Below, piece after piece: positions 33,701 through 44,409 of a DNA stretch of 64,000 bases (the first letter of the stretch is position 1; each line of letters opens with the position of its first letter). Made by a program: the position numbers and the translations under genes. This stretch comes from Caecitellus pseudoparvulus (taxonomy: Eukaryota > Protista > Bigyra: Bicosoecida), in contig CBFFRQ010000067.1 of the NCBI GenBank assembly GCA_965644315.1, positions 620,001 through 684,000 on the forward strand, in the 5' to 3' direction. The notes below the pieces were generated by a model, which did no database searches, was not told the origin of the DNA, and saw only the letters and a list, made by a program, of their open reading frames with translations.

Positions 33701-34792
33701 CGCTCCAAATGCACTGGTCCTGGTGCCCGCTGTAGCCGTACACTTCGCATCCCTCGATCTGGGTGTACATGACGTCCGTCCAGTCCTCCAGTGTTCCAGC
33801 TTGGAACAGGGACAGGAACGCCACGTGCAGGGTGCCCATGCCAATGGGGTCGTTCTTGGCGTACAGGGACACTGCCAGCACAGCGAAGAAGTAGTACAGC
33901 AGCCCAAGCAGCATGGCAATGTAACCGATGGAGGACAGCGCCTGAGCCAGCCCCAGCACCAGCACGCGCAGCTTGGGCAGCGCCCGCACCAGGCGAAGCA
34001 CACGCACGACCCGAATGAGGCGCACTGTGCTGACCGCAGCGGCATCTGCGCGGGGGCGGGGAGCGGAGGCACGTGTGCAGCTGACGGGGCGTCGTGGCGA
34101 ACGCCGCTTCCGACTGGCCACGCACCGACAGGCATGTACTGCACCAGCACGACGAGGAAGTCAAAGACGTTCCAGTAGTCCTTGAAGAAGTCCAAGGGGC
34201 GGTTGCCTGGGGTGGGGGCAGGGCGAGCTGGTGAGCAGGGGCTGGCCAGGTGCAGCAACGCCCTTCGCACCTTCCGCAGCGATCTTGAAGACCACCTCGA
34301 AGGTGAAGATGCCCACCAGCACCCACTCAATGCCGGAGGAAAATGCAGCGAAACCTGGCTGACTTGTCACCGAGTCGTACAAGGACACGCCCACCTGGGG
34401 ACGGAGGGGCGGCGGGGGGCAGGGTGTGCAGGTGGCCACGTCGCGTGCGGCCGGGGCGTGCAGAAACCACACACCAGCACGCCCGTGAAAACGATGGCCA
34501 GGATGAAGAACGTGACGAAGGCTGTGCTATCGCGGATGATCTGCAACTTCAACACCAGTTCGTGGTGCCAGTCACTGCCCCAGTACCCCAAGTGCTGAGG
34601 CGGGCCTTCCTCGTCATCGCTGCCCACGGCACTGTCTCCAGTCAGAGACGACACAGTGGACGGCTGCCGGGCAGGCTTGTGCGGCACTGGCGAGCGGGGC
34701 GCCCCTGTGCTGCTGTCGTCAAGCAGCTGCACCGAGGAGCCACCCCTGCTGGCGCCGCCTGCGGCCGGAGCACCGGCCCGTGAGGCTGGCAT
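30757..34792 (-). CDS. Single-domain (6TM) voltage-gated Na/Ca-type channel with very long low-complexity C-tail (4 introns)
   Basis: S2 IFTFEVVFKIAAEG, S3 FFKDYWNVFDFLVV, S4 VRLIRVVRVLRLVRALPKLR, filter TLEDWTD, S6 LVLNLFIGVI; only one repeat domain. Confidence 0.9.
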
Positions 34793-34975
34793 GGCCACGC
34801 CGGACGCGGCGGCGAAACGCCAATGTGCTGCTGCGGTGCCGCAAGGCGGATCAGCTGGGCGAGTGGAGGTGCAGCGGGGCGCTGAACACGAGCGCCAGAT
34901 CCCTCGCCAGCACTGTAACACTGCATTGTGAGTTGTGACGCAGGGGGCGCGCTGCTCGGGCCGCCGGCAGCGAGG

Positions 34976-36450
34976 TCAGCTCATGCGCAGCTGGTAGTCA
35001 CCGTTCTGCGTGATGTAGCGCACCCACGGCAGGGCTTGGTACCCGCTCTTCTCGATGATTTTCAGGTACCGCACCTGCAGGCCGGAGACAGTGAAGTAGG
35101 GGATTTCGAAGCGCAGGGAGATGGGGCGGCGCCAGGAGGCCTTCTCCTCATCCGTGTGCGTGACTGAGGGCAGGCCGAAACGCGCCCGCATGGCGTACTC
35201 GCGCTGCCCGTGGAACTGCTTGATGGTCCACTTGATGGCGTCCAGCGCGGGAACGTAGGAGACGCTGCCGACGCTGGCTTTGAACTGTGGCGTGTCCACA
35301 TCCTTGGGCACTGGAATGAGGATGTCCACGTTGTTTGCGGAGGAGCGGGCTTTGAACTGGCTGCGCGCCTTCACGACGTAGTCCACCTTGGAGCGCCCCT
35401 CCTGCACGACGGTCTCCACCCAAATCAGGGGCTTCACCTTGGTGTTCAGGCGGTAACTCATCAGCTCAAAATCGCCGTCGGGAGGGATGAAGGAGATGGT
35501 GCGGTTCTGGTCGAATTTGGTCAGGCGCACGCACTGGTGGAATTTGATGTCCTCCAGCTCCACAGACTTGCCGGCGCGCCCTGTCGCCGAGAACAGCGTC
35601 TTGTCATTCAGGCCCAGCTTCAGCTCCGGCATGCCGCTCAGCACGCTGCGCATCTGCACACTGCCCAGGATTTCGCTGCTCAGCACAGAGCCGCTGGAGG
35701 AGACGAGCAGGTTCAGCTTCTCCACGACGTCCAGGAACACCTCGTTCTTGGGGTGCACAATGCCTTCTGGACGCCAGCTGACGACGTTGGTGGCGGCTGC
35801 AGGCGGCTTCACGGCGCGCGTCAGCTTGGCCCCCCGCTGGAAGACGAACTCCTTCAAGATCTTCACCTCGCTCAGCTGGGGGTACCCGAAGTCACACACC
35901 TCGTCCAGCAGCTCGTAGATCAGCACGAAGTTGTCCCGGATGCTCTCTTCCTCCACAGACCCCAGGTAGTCCTTCAAGATCTGGCAGCGGCGGGTGTGGC
36001 AAGGGTGTGCGGCGCCAGCCCACGCGCTGTGCACTGGCAGCACGCACATCCATGAGCTTGTACAGGAACAGCAGCACTGTCGTCACATTGGAGTTGTGGC
36101 GGGACAGTGCCAGGACGTACAAGTTCCGGTGCTGCTCAGCAAAAGGGCGCGGCGTGCAGGCGACGAGAGCGGAATTTGCAGCGGCAGCCCCGCACCTGGA
36201 TGTACACGTAGTTCACGCCGTCCTCAGTGTACACTGGCTTGAGGTCCTCCGGACTGGTCTCTTGGATCTTCAGGGAGAACCTGTGGAGTGTACGCCAGAC
36301 GGGCAGTGCAGTGCTGGGAAGGGCGCAGTCACCTCGCCTGCCTGCGGCGCCGTACTTGTCTGCGTGTGAGCGAGGCAGGTCGCCCCGGTAGTCACGGAAG
36401 ATGAGGATCTTCCCCTTTGTGTCGAGGAAGTAGATGGCGGACAGCACCAT
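34976..36450 (-). CDS. AP1M: AP-1 complex mu subunit (3 introns)
   Basis: SAIYFLDTKGKILIFRDYRGD, EEESIRDNFVLIYELLDE, VSWRPEGI..KNEVFLDV, LSGMPELKLGLND, FEIPYFTVSGLQVRYLKIIEKSGYQALPWVRYIT. Confidence 0.97.
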
Positions 36451-36667
36451 GGCGGCGGGCGTGGAGGGCAGCCACAGGGAAGGCCACAGCACCAGGGTAG
36501 GGCGTGGTGAAACGCCAGCGACCTTGCCAACACACGCAGGCAGGCTGCAGCGCCAAGACGAGCAGGCTTTTGCGAGCAGGGGGTGCAGCAGGCAGTGCGC
36601 GCGAGAGCCAGTCCCAGGCGCAGAACTTAGAAAGTGTACATTACGCGGGGCCGTGTTACCGTGTGCG

Positions 36668-37869
36668 TCAGGGCGCTGGCCCTGCCGCCGCTTGGCCAGC
36701 TGCGCTGCCACCTGGCAACGGAATGTCACTGTGGTTGGCTGGGAGGGGCTCCGTCGTGAACCACTCGTGCTGCAGGGCAGCCTCCATGGACACCCGCGAG
36801 GCGGGGTTCAGCGCCAGCATCTTGGACAGCAAGTCTGTGGCCTGGGGCGTCACTCGCGGCACGATGCTGGGCCAGGCTGGTGCCGGGATGGTGCGTTTCG
36901 GCGGCGCCCACCCCGGCAGCAGCGCATGGCCAGGCCAGGCCTCCTCTGTGGGCGTCCCCAGCACACGCCAGATCTCCTTCACCTGTGCTGCGTTGCCCTC
37001 CTCCGCGGCCTGCAGGAGGGGGCGGCGAGTCAACACCTCCGCCGCAACGCAACCGGCAGCCCACACATCCACAGCTGGACCATAGTGCCGCGCTCCCATA
37101 CACAGCTCCGGCGGCCTGTACCACTGCGTGAGCAGCTGAGGGTGCTGGGCCTTGCGTCCTTCGGGGATGGGTGCAGCCAGTCCGAAATCTGCCACTTTCA
37201 GCACACCGTCGCTGTCCAGCAAGCAGTTGTCAGGCTTCACATCGCGGTGCAGAAAGCCGGCCGCATGCATGGCCGCCAGGCCACGCAGCATGTCTTGAAT
37301 GAGCGTCTTGGCGTGTGCCTCGGTGTACTTGATGCTGCGGGTGGACACCACCGCCTTCAGGTCTGTCTTGGCCAGGTCTGTGCCGTGAGAGTGGGGGCAA
37401 GTGCTGGAGCTGGCGAAACGTGTGCTTGCCAACGCTGCCCGCACCGATGACGAGGTTGACACGGTCGTTGAGGAAAAAGACATCCAGCATGCGCAGGCAG
37501 TTGGGGTGGTCCAGCTCAGTCAACACCTGCAACTCCTTCACGGCGGCGATGTTCACTCCCTGTGGCGAATCGGGGGATGGCTGGCCTGCCGAGTTTCGCC
37601 AGCGTTTCGACACGCTCACACTCACGTCTTGGTACTTTTCCCTGGAGACTTCCTTGATGGCCACGCGCCTGCCTGTGGCCTTGTGCTCCTGTGGGTGACC
37701 GGGGCCAAGGGGTCATGTCCGCCTGCGCTGCTCTGCCCAGCGCCCTCCTCACGTATTCGTGCACCTCGCCATACGCGCCCTTGCCCAGGAAGCGCACGTG
37801 CTCATACTCCTTCAGCCGAGCACGCCCCTCTACATTCACGTCCACCACCAATGCAAGCTCTTCTGCCAT
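36668..37869 (-). CDS. CDK7: Cyclin-dependent kinase, CDK7/CAK type (3 introns)
   Basis: [32 protein letters not shown] (cf. DGINRTALREIKLLQEL), [29 protein letters not shown]-terminal F..EPLP..IPLP. Confidence 0.8.
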
Positions 37870-38377
37870 GCCGCTGAGGTGTCCACCGGCCTGCCCCGCA
37901 CTCAGAGGCAGCCGTGCCCTACGAGGGAGTGGCCAGCCGGCCGTGCCTCTCTGTGTGTGGGCTGTGGCTGAGGTGGCAACAATTGCTGCATGAAAAGTCT
38001 GGCACTCATGGGCAGCTAGGCACATGTACAGTGTGTGTGTTTTATTTTGTTTGGCTGACTGACGCGCCCCCCCTGGCACGGTGCTGGCCCGAGGGCTCGC
38101 CTGTCTGTGCGGAGTTTGGCTCCTGCGACAATCCACAAGTCAAGCGGGCAGCGCACTCACTTCACACTCCACCCTGAAATGAACCCCATCGTTGGCACGT
38201 GGTGCGTCCATTCCAGCTCATCCGTTGCTTGCACAGCCCCGCCCCTGCATTGCGCTTCCACAGCGGCAGTCGCAGCGTGAGGCCACCAGCACCAGCAGCA
38301 CAGCTCTGCTGAAACGCGCGCCCGGCAGCAAACCACGCGCCGGGCAGTGTCCCATCCAGAAGCACGAACCCGCAACC

Positions 38378-39536
38378 ATGGCCGCCGATGATGCCGCCCG
38401 TGGGGAGCTGTTTGCTGGTGCTGAATCAGACACGCCTCAGTTCGGGTACGTGCTGTGGCTGCCGGGCAAGTTACGGAGTGTGCAGTGCAATTCCCGCACC
38501 AGGCCCAGCCTCTGTACGGCACAGGATTGACACGGAGGTGTTGTCCAGCATGAACGAACGGTGCAAACTCATGACAGAGCATGTCGACTCCATCAAGTGC
38601 GTCTCACTGCCGGGTGCCAATCGCCAGACGCCGCCGGCCTCGCCTGCGGCTGGCGCAAAGGCAAGCCTCCCCACCTCATGCACCACCCTGGCCGCCGCTT
38701 CCTGGGCACAGTGCCGACACACAACGCATTGAAGAGTGCACAAGCAGGACCGGCACCGCCTTCACACCCGAAGCCATGGATGGTGCGTGCTCGACACCTG
38801 CCGCCGAGCGCTGTGCCACACACTTCGCACCTCCGCACCTGCAGGGCTGACGAGGGAGGTCAGCGAACTCACTGAATCCTCACGCTCCAGCACGAAACAG
38901 TGCAAGGGCCTGCTGGAGGAACTGAAACGCATGGGCGTGCAGCTGCGACAGGGCGCCTCTGGCGCTGACCCACGGGGCCAGGCTCAGTACCGCCTCTTCC
39001 AGAACCGCTACCACGCCATGTTCTCCATCTTCCACAAAGCCGTTTCGGACAACCAGGTCGCACGTGCGACCTTCAAGGAACGCGTCACGGAGCGAGCCGT
39101 CTCCCAGGCCAAGCTGCTGTTCCCTGACAAGTCGGACGAGGAGCTGTCCAGCATGGTGACGTCCAACCCGCAAGCGCTGGAGCAGCACCTGCAGGCGCCA
39201 GAGGTGGTCGCACACGCCGAGGTGCAGGATGTGTACGACGAAGTGCAGGAGCGCAACCAGGCCATCAATGAGCTGGTGCGCAGCATCAAGGAAATCAACG
39301 ACATGATGAGTGACCTGGCTGTCCTGGTGCAAGAGCAGAGCGAGCAGCTGCAACGCATCGACGCACAAGTGGGCTCGGCAGTCGTCCGCATCGAAAAGGG
39401 GAACAAGGAGCTGGAACGGGCCATCCAGTACCAGAAGGCAGCCCGGCGCAAGTACTGCTGCATCGCCATCGTCGGAGTGGTCATCTTGCTGGTCATTGTG
39501 GGCTCGGTCATCCCCGCCACAGTGTCCAGGGGGTGA
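38378..39536 (+). CDS. Qa-SNARE, plasma-membrane syntaxin-like (introns at the 5' end)
   Basis: SNARE helix EVQERNQAINELVRSIKEINDMMSDLAVLVQEQSEQLQRID, then YQKAARRKYCC and a C-terminal TM helix. Confidence 0.92.
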
Positions 39537-39660
39537 AGCTCCCATGCCTGGCCACACACCCCACTGGAATGCAGCGTCGTCGTCACACCCCAATAGGGAG
39601 GCTTCCCTGCACAATGTCCTTGCCCTATCCTGCATTGCGAACGTGGAGTAGGAGGGGGGA

Positions 39661-41835
39661 GGAGTGCCCAGGTCGGCGCCTTGGCGAGCAGGGGTGCAGC
39701 GTGTCAAGGAGGAGCCTTCACAGTGCTGCATTTGCTACCCAACACCTGTACTCGCACACACACCTTTGCCCACGGACACGGAGCATTGGGCGTGACTGAC
39801 CACCCTCTCCCGCCATACGCGGTCTAGCCTGGGGTGCAATGCAGACTTGCGCGTGATCGCCCCATGAAGCTCCCACTCTCACATCGCCACATACCTGCCA
39901 CACATGCATTTCTGGACTTCTTTTTCCGTGTGAATGCAATGCATGCCCCAGCTGCACTTTGCGCGCAAGTCTCATGTGGCCACTTTGTTCCAGCGGACAT
40001 GACCCTTCATGAGCACGGCAAACGATGATTCCCTGCATTGTCCCATGCACACCCCACGTGTGCGCTCTCTCTCAATCAGAGCGTGGGGCTTTCCCTGCTG
40101 GGGACGCCGCTGCAGTGCCTGTGTGTGGCCGTGGTCGCTTCCTTGCTCTCCGCGCAGCTCGCAGCAGCAGCATGGCGCGTCGTCCCGGCCGAGTGCTGGT
40201 GCCGATCCAGGAGGCATCCTCAGCTTCGCGCACAGCTTCTGGGTATTTACGCCTACACCACAGTGGGATCGCTCGGAATCCAGTAAGTTTTAGCAGCTCA
40301 CGCACGATGCCTGTGTGGCCATTGCGGCATGCCTCTCGGAAGGCGGCCTCAGGTCCACCCAAACCCGCCGCATGCACATCTACTTCCCGTGCCCCATCCA
40401 GGCTCAACAGCTCACGCACGACGTCAAGGTGGCCAGCCTTGCATGCCAATCGAAAGGCGATCTCAGGTCCACTCGCATCCGCCGCGTGCACATCTACTTC
40501 CCGTACCTCGCTCAGACCCAGCAACTCACGCACAATGTCTGTATGGCCTCTGTAGCATGCCCATCGGAAGCCAGCTTCAGGTCCAATCCCATCCCCCCCG
40601 TGCCCATCGACTACCCATGACCCAGTCAGGTGCAGCAGCTCAAGCACGATGTCTGTGTCGCCACCCGCACTTGCTGCCACAGTTCCACACCAATCTGCTG
40701 CGTGCACATCCACTTCCCGCGACCCAGTGAGGGCCAGCAGCTCACGCACGATGTCGAGGTGGCCATACACGCATGCATGTCGGAAGGCAGCCTCACGCTT
40801 TGCATGAACATCCACTTCCCGTGCCCCGCTCAGCGCTAGCAGCTCACGCACGATGTCGAGGTGGCCATTGCGGCATGCCCATCGGAAGGCTGCCTCAGGT
40901 CCATCCTTATCTGCTGCGTGCACATCCACTTCCCGTGCCCCGCTCAGCGCTAGCAGCTCGCGCACGATGTCGAGGTGGCCATACACGCATGCATGTCGGA
41001 AGGCAGCCTCACGCTTTGCATGAACATCCACTTCCCGTGCCCCGCTCAGCGCTAGCAGCTCGCGCACGATGTCGAGGTGGCCATTGCGGCATGCCCATCG
41101 GAAGGCTGCCTCAGGTCCATCCTTATCTGCTGCGTGCACATCCACTTCCCGTGCCCCGCTCAGCGCTAGCAGCTCGCGCACGATGTCGAGGTGGCCATTG
41201 CGGCATGCCCATCGGAAGGCTGCCTCAGGTCCATCCTTATCTGCTGCGTGCACATCCACTGGTCGTCGACCACCCTTCAATGAAAGCAGCTCACGCACTA
41301 CATGCACGTGTCCATTCTCACAAGCTGCCCGGAAGCCAGCCTCAAATCCGGAGCAATCTCGCTTATGCACATTTACCTTCTGTCGACCGGTTAGAGCGAG
41401 GAGCTCCTGCACCAACCCAATGTGCCCTATCTTGCAAGCGATAATAAACCTTTTCGTCGCGTAGTGACTGGATAAGCTTTCCAGCTCCGCGCTGCCACCT
41501 GTCAGAGGCATAGCGTGGTGGCGTTGCAGTTGGGGGAAGTGCTTTCGCAAACCTTCACCCCCGCACGACTGGCACAAGCTGCACAGCACAGGATCCCGAG
41601 TGGAGCCGAAATTCCACGTTCAATGCAAGTCGAGGAGCAGGGTTTTGGTTTGTCAGAGTCTGTGCAGTGTCCTGCCTGGCTGCTGGGGTGCTCGGCTGAC
41701 ACGCAACCCCCCCTTCGCGAAGCAGTCGAACACGTTCCACCGCTGGGCTGTCAACGCGAACTTCATCAGCTTCATTGAAATGTCCCACCTGCTCATCCCC
41801 TTTTCTCGCCACTCTCAGGAACATACAGACGCGAT
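39661..41835 (-). repeat. Dispersed duplicated cassette, copy 2
   Basis: Colinear with 23045-25110 in the same orientation; boundaries approximate. Confidence 0.9.
40072..41511 (-). CDS. Intronless ankyrin-repeat protein, N-cap plus 10 repeats (38- and 34-aa units)
   Basis: Same unit as 23456-24781, near-identical C-tail, ATG at 41511. Confidence 0.9.
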   Translation of the reverse strand: MPLTGGSAELESLSSHYATKRFIIACKIGHIGLVQELLALTGRQKVNVHKRDCSGFEAGFRAACENGHVHVVRELLSLKGGRRPVDVHAADKDGPEAAFRWACRNGHLDIVRELLALSGAREVDVHAADKDGPEAAFRWACRNGHLDIVRELLALSGAREVDVHAKREAAFRHACVYGHLDIVRELLALSGAREVDVHAADKDGPEAAFRWACRNGHLDIVRELLALSGAREVDVHAKREAAFRHACVYGHLDIVRELLALTGSREVDVHAADWCGTVAASAGGDTDIVLELLHLTGSWVVDGHGGDGIGPEAGFRWACYRGHTDIVRELLGLSEVREVDVHAADASGPEIAFRLACKAGHLDVVRELLSLDGAREVDVHAAGLGGPEAAFREACRNGHTGIVRELLKLTGFRAIPLWCRRKYPEAVREAEDASWIGTSTRPGRRAMLLLRAARRARKRPRPHTGTAAASPAGKAPRSD

Positions 41836-42407
41836 GACGCCCATGATTTTCTGAGAGACCTGCATCAGAACCCACTTTCACCACCCACGCTTGCCACACC
41901 CCTTTGCCCGTCGAGCATGGCATGGGACAGGACACAGCACTCACAGCACGCAAACCCCTATGCCTGGGCAAGTCGTGATCAGCTGCTGTGTGACACACTT
42001 CACTACAGTGACGTGCACTGCACAGACTACGTTCCTGCGGCCAACTCTGCCGAAGTCACCGATCCTTCACAATCTTCAGCCCCACTGCCAACATCAAGTG
42101 TCGACTGGATGCCGCCTCCGCCCCTGGTCCGCAAGATGGTGCCGACTGCAAGATCACTTCATGCAACGACCCAATGCATGTTGCTGTCTGCCACTATCTG
42201 CTCAGCCCTGCCTCGCTCTGCACGCACAGCAGCCAAGAATGGCCGCCCATTGCGAGCACCTGCTACCACTCCACCCAACACACGACACCTTCATCATGTT
42301 GACGCGTTCACAACTCACGCTCTGTTGGCTGGACAACGAAGCTGCACACACCTTGCTTGCCATGCTTGCATTCAAACCCTGAGTCTCGCCCGGCATCGTC
42401 GCGCTGC

Positions 42408-43730
42408 TCAGGCTTTCTCACCTCCTGCGCCAGCAGTGTTGCCCAACATGTTCGTAATGGCGTCGATGTCCCCGCTTTCAATAGAGGCGATGTCTGCCAG
42501 ACGCTCCAAGCTTTCCAAGCTCCAGTCCCGCTTCATGCTGGAGCCCACCTTGGCAGCTGGCGCGGCACTGCCACCGGCCGCCGCCGCAGTGGCCTGGGCC
42601 GGGGTGGAGGCGGGGGCTGGCGTGGACGCAGCGGGAGTGGCCGTCTCTGCCGCGCCGTCTCCACCTCCTCCCTCCACAGGGCCCAGGCCCAGTGACGAGG
42701 CGAGGTGCCTGGAGGCGGCAGCCGCTGCCGCCGACGCCGACATGCCTTGTGCAGGTGCAGAGGCGTGGGGCAGCGCGGGGGCGGTGGGCCCACCCAGCCC
42801 GGGGGGGTCCATGGACGGCGGACCCCCCCCTCGCCCCATGAACCCGTGCAGGGAGCTGGGCGGGGGCAGGGTGGTGGGCGGCGCTGCCATGCCTGCCGTG
42901 ACGCCCAGCGACATGGGCGGCCGAAGGCCCATGCCGGGTCCGGGGCCCTGCAACGCACCTCCGATGCCGGCGGAGAAGGCGCCCAGAGGTCCCAGTGAGC
43001 TCTCCACGCCTGGCGCAAAGGCGAGGGGGTCGGGGTGCAGCCCCCCCCCAAAGGCGCCGGGCATGCCCCCCCCCCCAAAGCCCAGGCTGAGGGGGGCATG
43101 GGAGGGGTACATGCTGCTGCCTTCCAGCCCCGTGGCGAGGCCGCGGGAAGCGAGGGGGTCCAGGCCTCCTCCGGCGTGGCGTTTGTGCGCAGAGGCGGTG
43201 TCCCCCCGGCGGCTGCGGCCCCGCTTGCCTGACCGCACGCTGTCGTCATCCGAGTCCTTGTGCTTGCGGCGGGGGAGGAGCAGGTGCCCCATGGACTTGT
43301 TCAGGCCGCGGCGGGAGACGAGCTTCTCGAAGAACTCCTGGCTGCGCTCCATGGAGGGGCAGACGTACAGGCGCATGGCCTTGGCCAGTTCCCCCTTGGA
43401 CACCTTCAGCTCGCCGCCGCGGACCCGGGAGATGAACTCTTCCACACGCTCGCGCTCGGCGGGCTCCAGCTTGCCCTTGCGGCTGCCGCCTCGGGCCTGC
43501 AGGCGCACCAGCGCCACGCGGCGTGCCTCCTCTTCCGCCATTTTCTCGCGCACAAGCAGCTCGGAGACGCCAGGTGTGCCAGGCGCGCCGTCGCCGCCCA
43601 CAGCGGAAAGGCGCGCGAGCAGGGCCTTGCGCTCTGCGTCCATGGCCGCCAGCTGGGCGTCTCGCTCGGCCAGTTGGGCGGTGAGGGAGGCCACTTGGGC
43701 CTTCAGGCTGGCCACCGTGGGCTCAGGCAT
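42408..43730 (-). CDS. Hypothetical protein: N-terminal coiled coil, basic patch, Gly/Pro/Met-rich low-complexity region
   Basis: ORF from ATG 43730 (MPEPTVASLKAQVASLTAQLAERDAQL); helical N-terminus; RRKHK..KRGRSRR basic patch. Confidence 0.7.
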   Translation of the reverse strand: MPEPTVASLKAQVASLTAQLAERDAQLAAMDAERKALLARLSAVGGDGAPGTPGVSELLVREKMAEEEARRVALVRLQARGGSRKGKLEPAERERVEEFISRVRGGELKVSKGELAKAMRLYVCPSMERSQEFFEKLVSRRGLNKSMGHLLLPRRKHKDSDDDSVRSGKRGRSRRGDTASAHKRHAGGGLDPLASRGLATGLEGSSMYPSHAPLSLGFGGGGMPGAFGGGLHPDPLAFAPGVESSLGPLGAFSAGIGGALQGPGPGMGLRPPMSLGVTAGMAAPPTTLPPPSSLHGFMGRGGGPPSMDPPGLGGPTAPALPHASAPAQGMSASAAAAAASRHLASSLGLGPVEGGGGDGAAETATPAASTPAPASTPAQATAAAAGGSAAPAAKVGSSMKRDWSLESLERLADIASIESGDIDAITNMLGNTAGAGGEKA

Positions 43731-44409
43731 GTTGGAGAGAGAGAGCCAGTGCCGTGAGCCCGCAAGACCGCTTTGGACCTGCGTGGGAGGGAAGCGAAGG
43801 TGCCCAGCGCATGCACATGCGCGCCATGCACAGAAATGCACAGACAACAGGAGTTGGCGATGTTTATTTCGCTGCGCAGGGGCACTGCACCGTGCCGGCT
43901 ACTGCTGCAGTGCAGTTGGAGCCGGCTGTGGATGAAGGCAACCGCAACAGGGGAAAACAAACAAGGCACGGCCCGGGCCAGACGCCAACATGGCCAGCAC
44001 AACTGGACTGCGAAAAGAAAATCACTCCCAGCGCCTAACGTACTGAGGAAGGCGCAGATCGGCGGTGCGAGACGGATGCGGAAGCGGCCTGCGGCAGTGC
44101 ACTTGGTGGGCGTGGCAGTGCCAGGCGGAGGCAGCCTCCACGCAAACTGGGGGCCCTGACAGGAGGGGGGGGTGTCAGAGGCGTGCAGGAGTTGAGGTGA
44201 GCAAGTCCCCCACTCAGGCACTTGGTTTTATATTTGCGCACCCCTGCCACTTTCCCACCCCTTCACCGTGGCGTCGCAGCAGCAGTTGAGAGCAGCAAGC
44301 CTCGCCACTCCGCGGCCACCGGGACAGGCAGGGAACACAGGCAGCTCCACGTTGCGCCCAACGGCGGCCCTGTGTAGCCAGTGCCGATCCTCATCCGCAA
44401 GCCGCAGCC

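Noticed and set aside
41917-43935. 672-aa plus-strand ORF
   Set aside because: Mostly the antisense shadow of the 42408-43730 gene in GC-rich DNA; no motifs.
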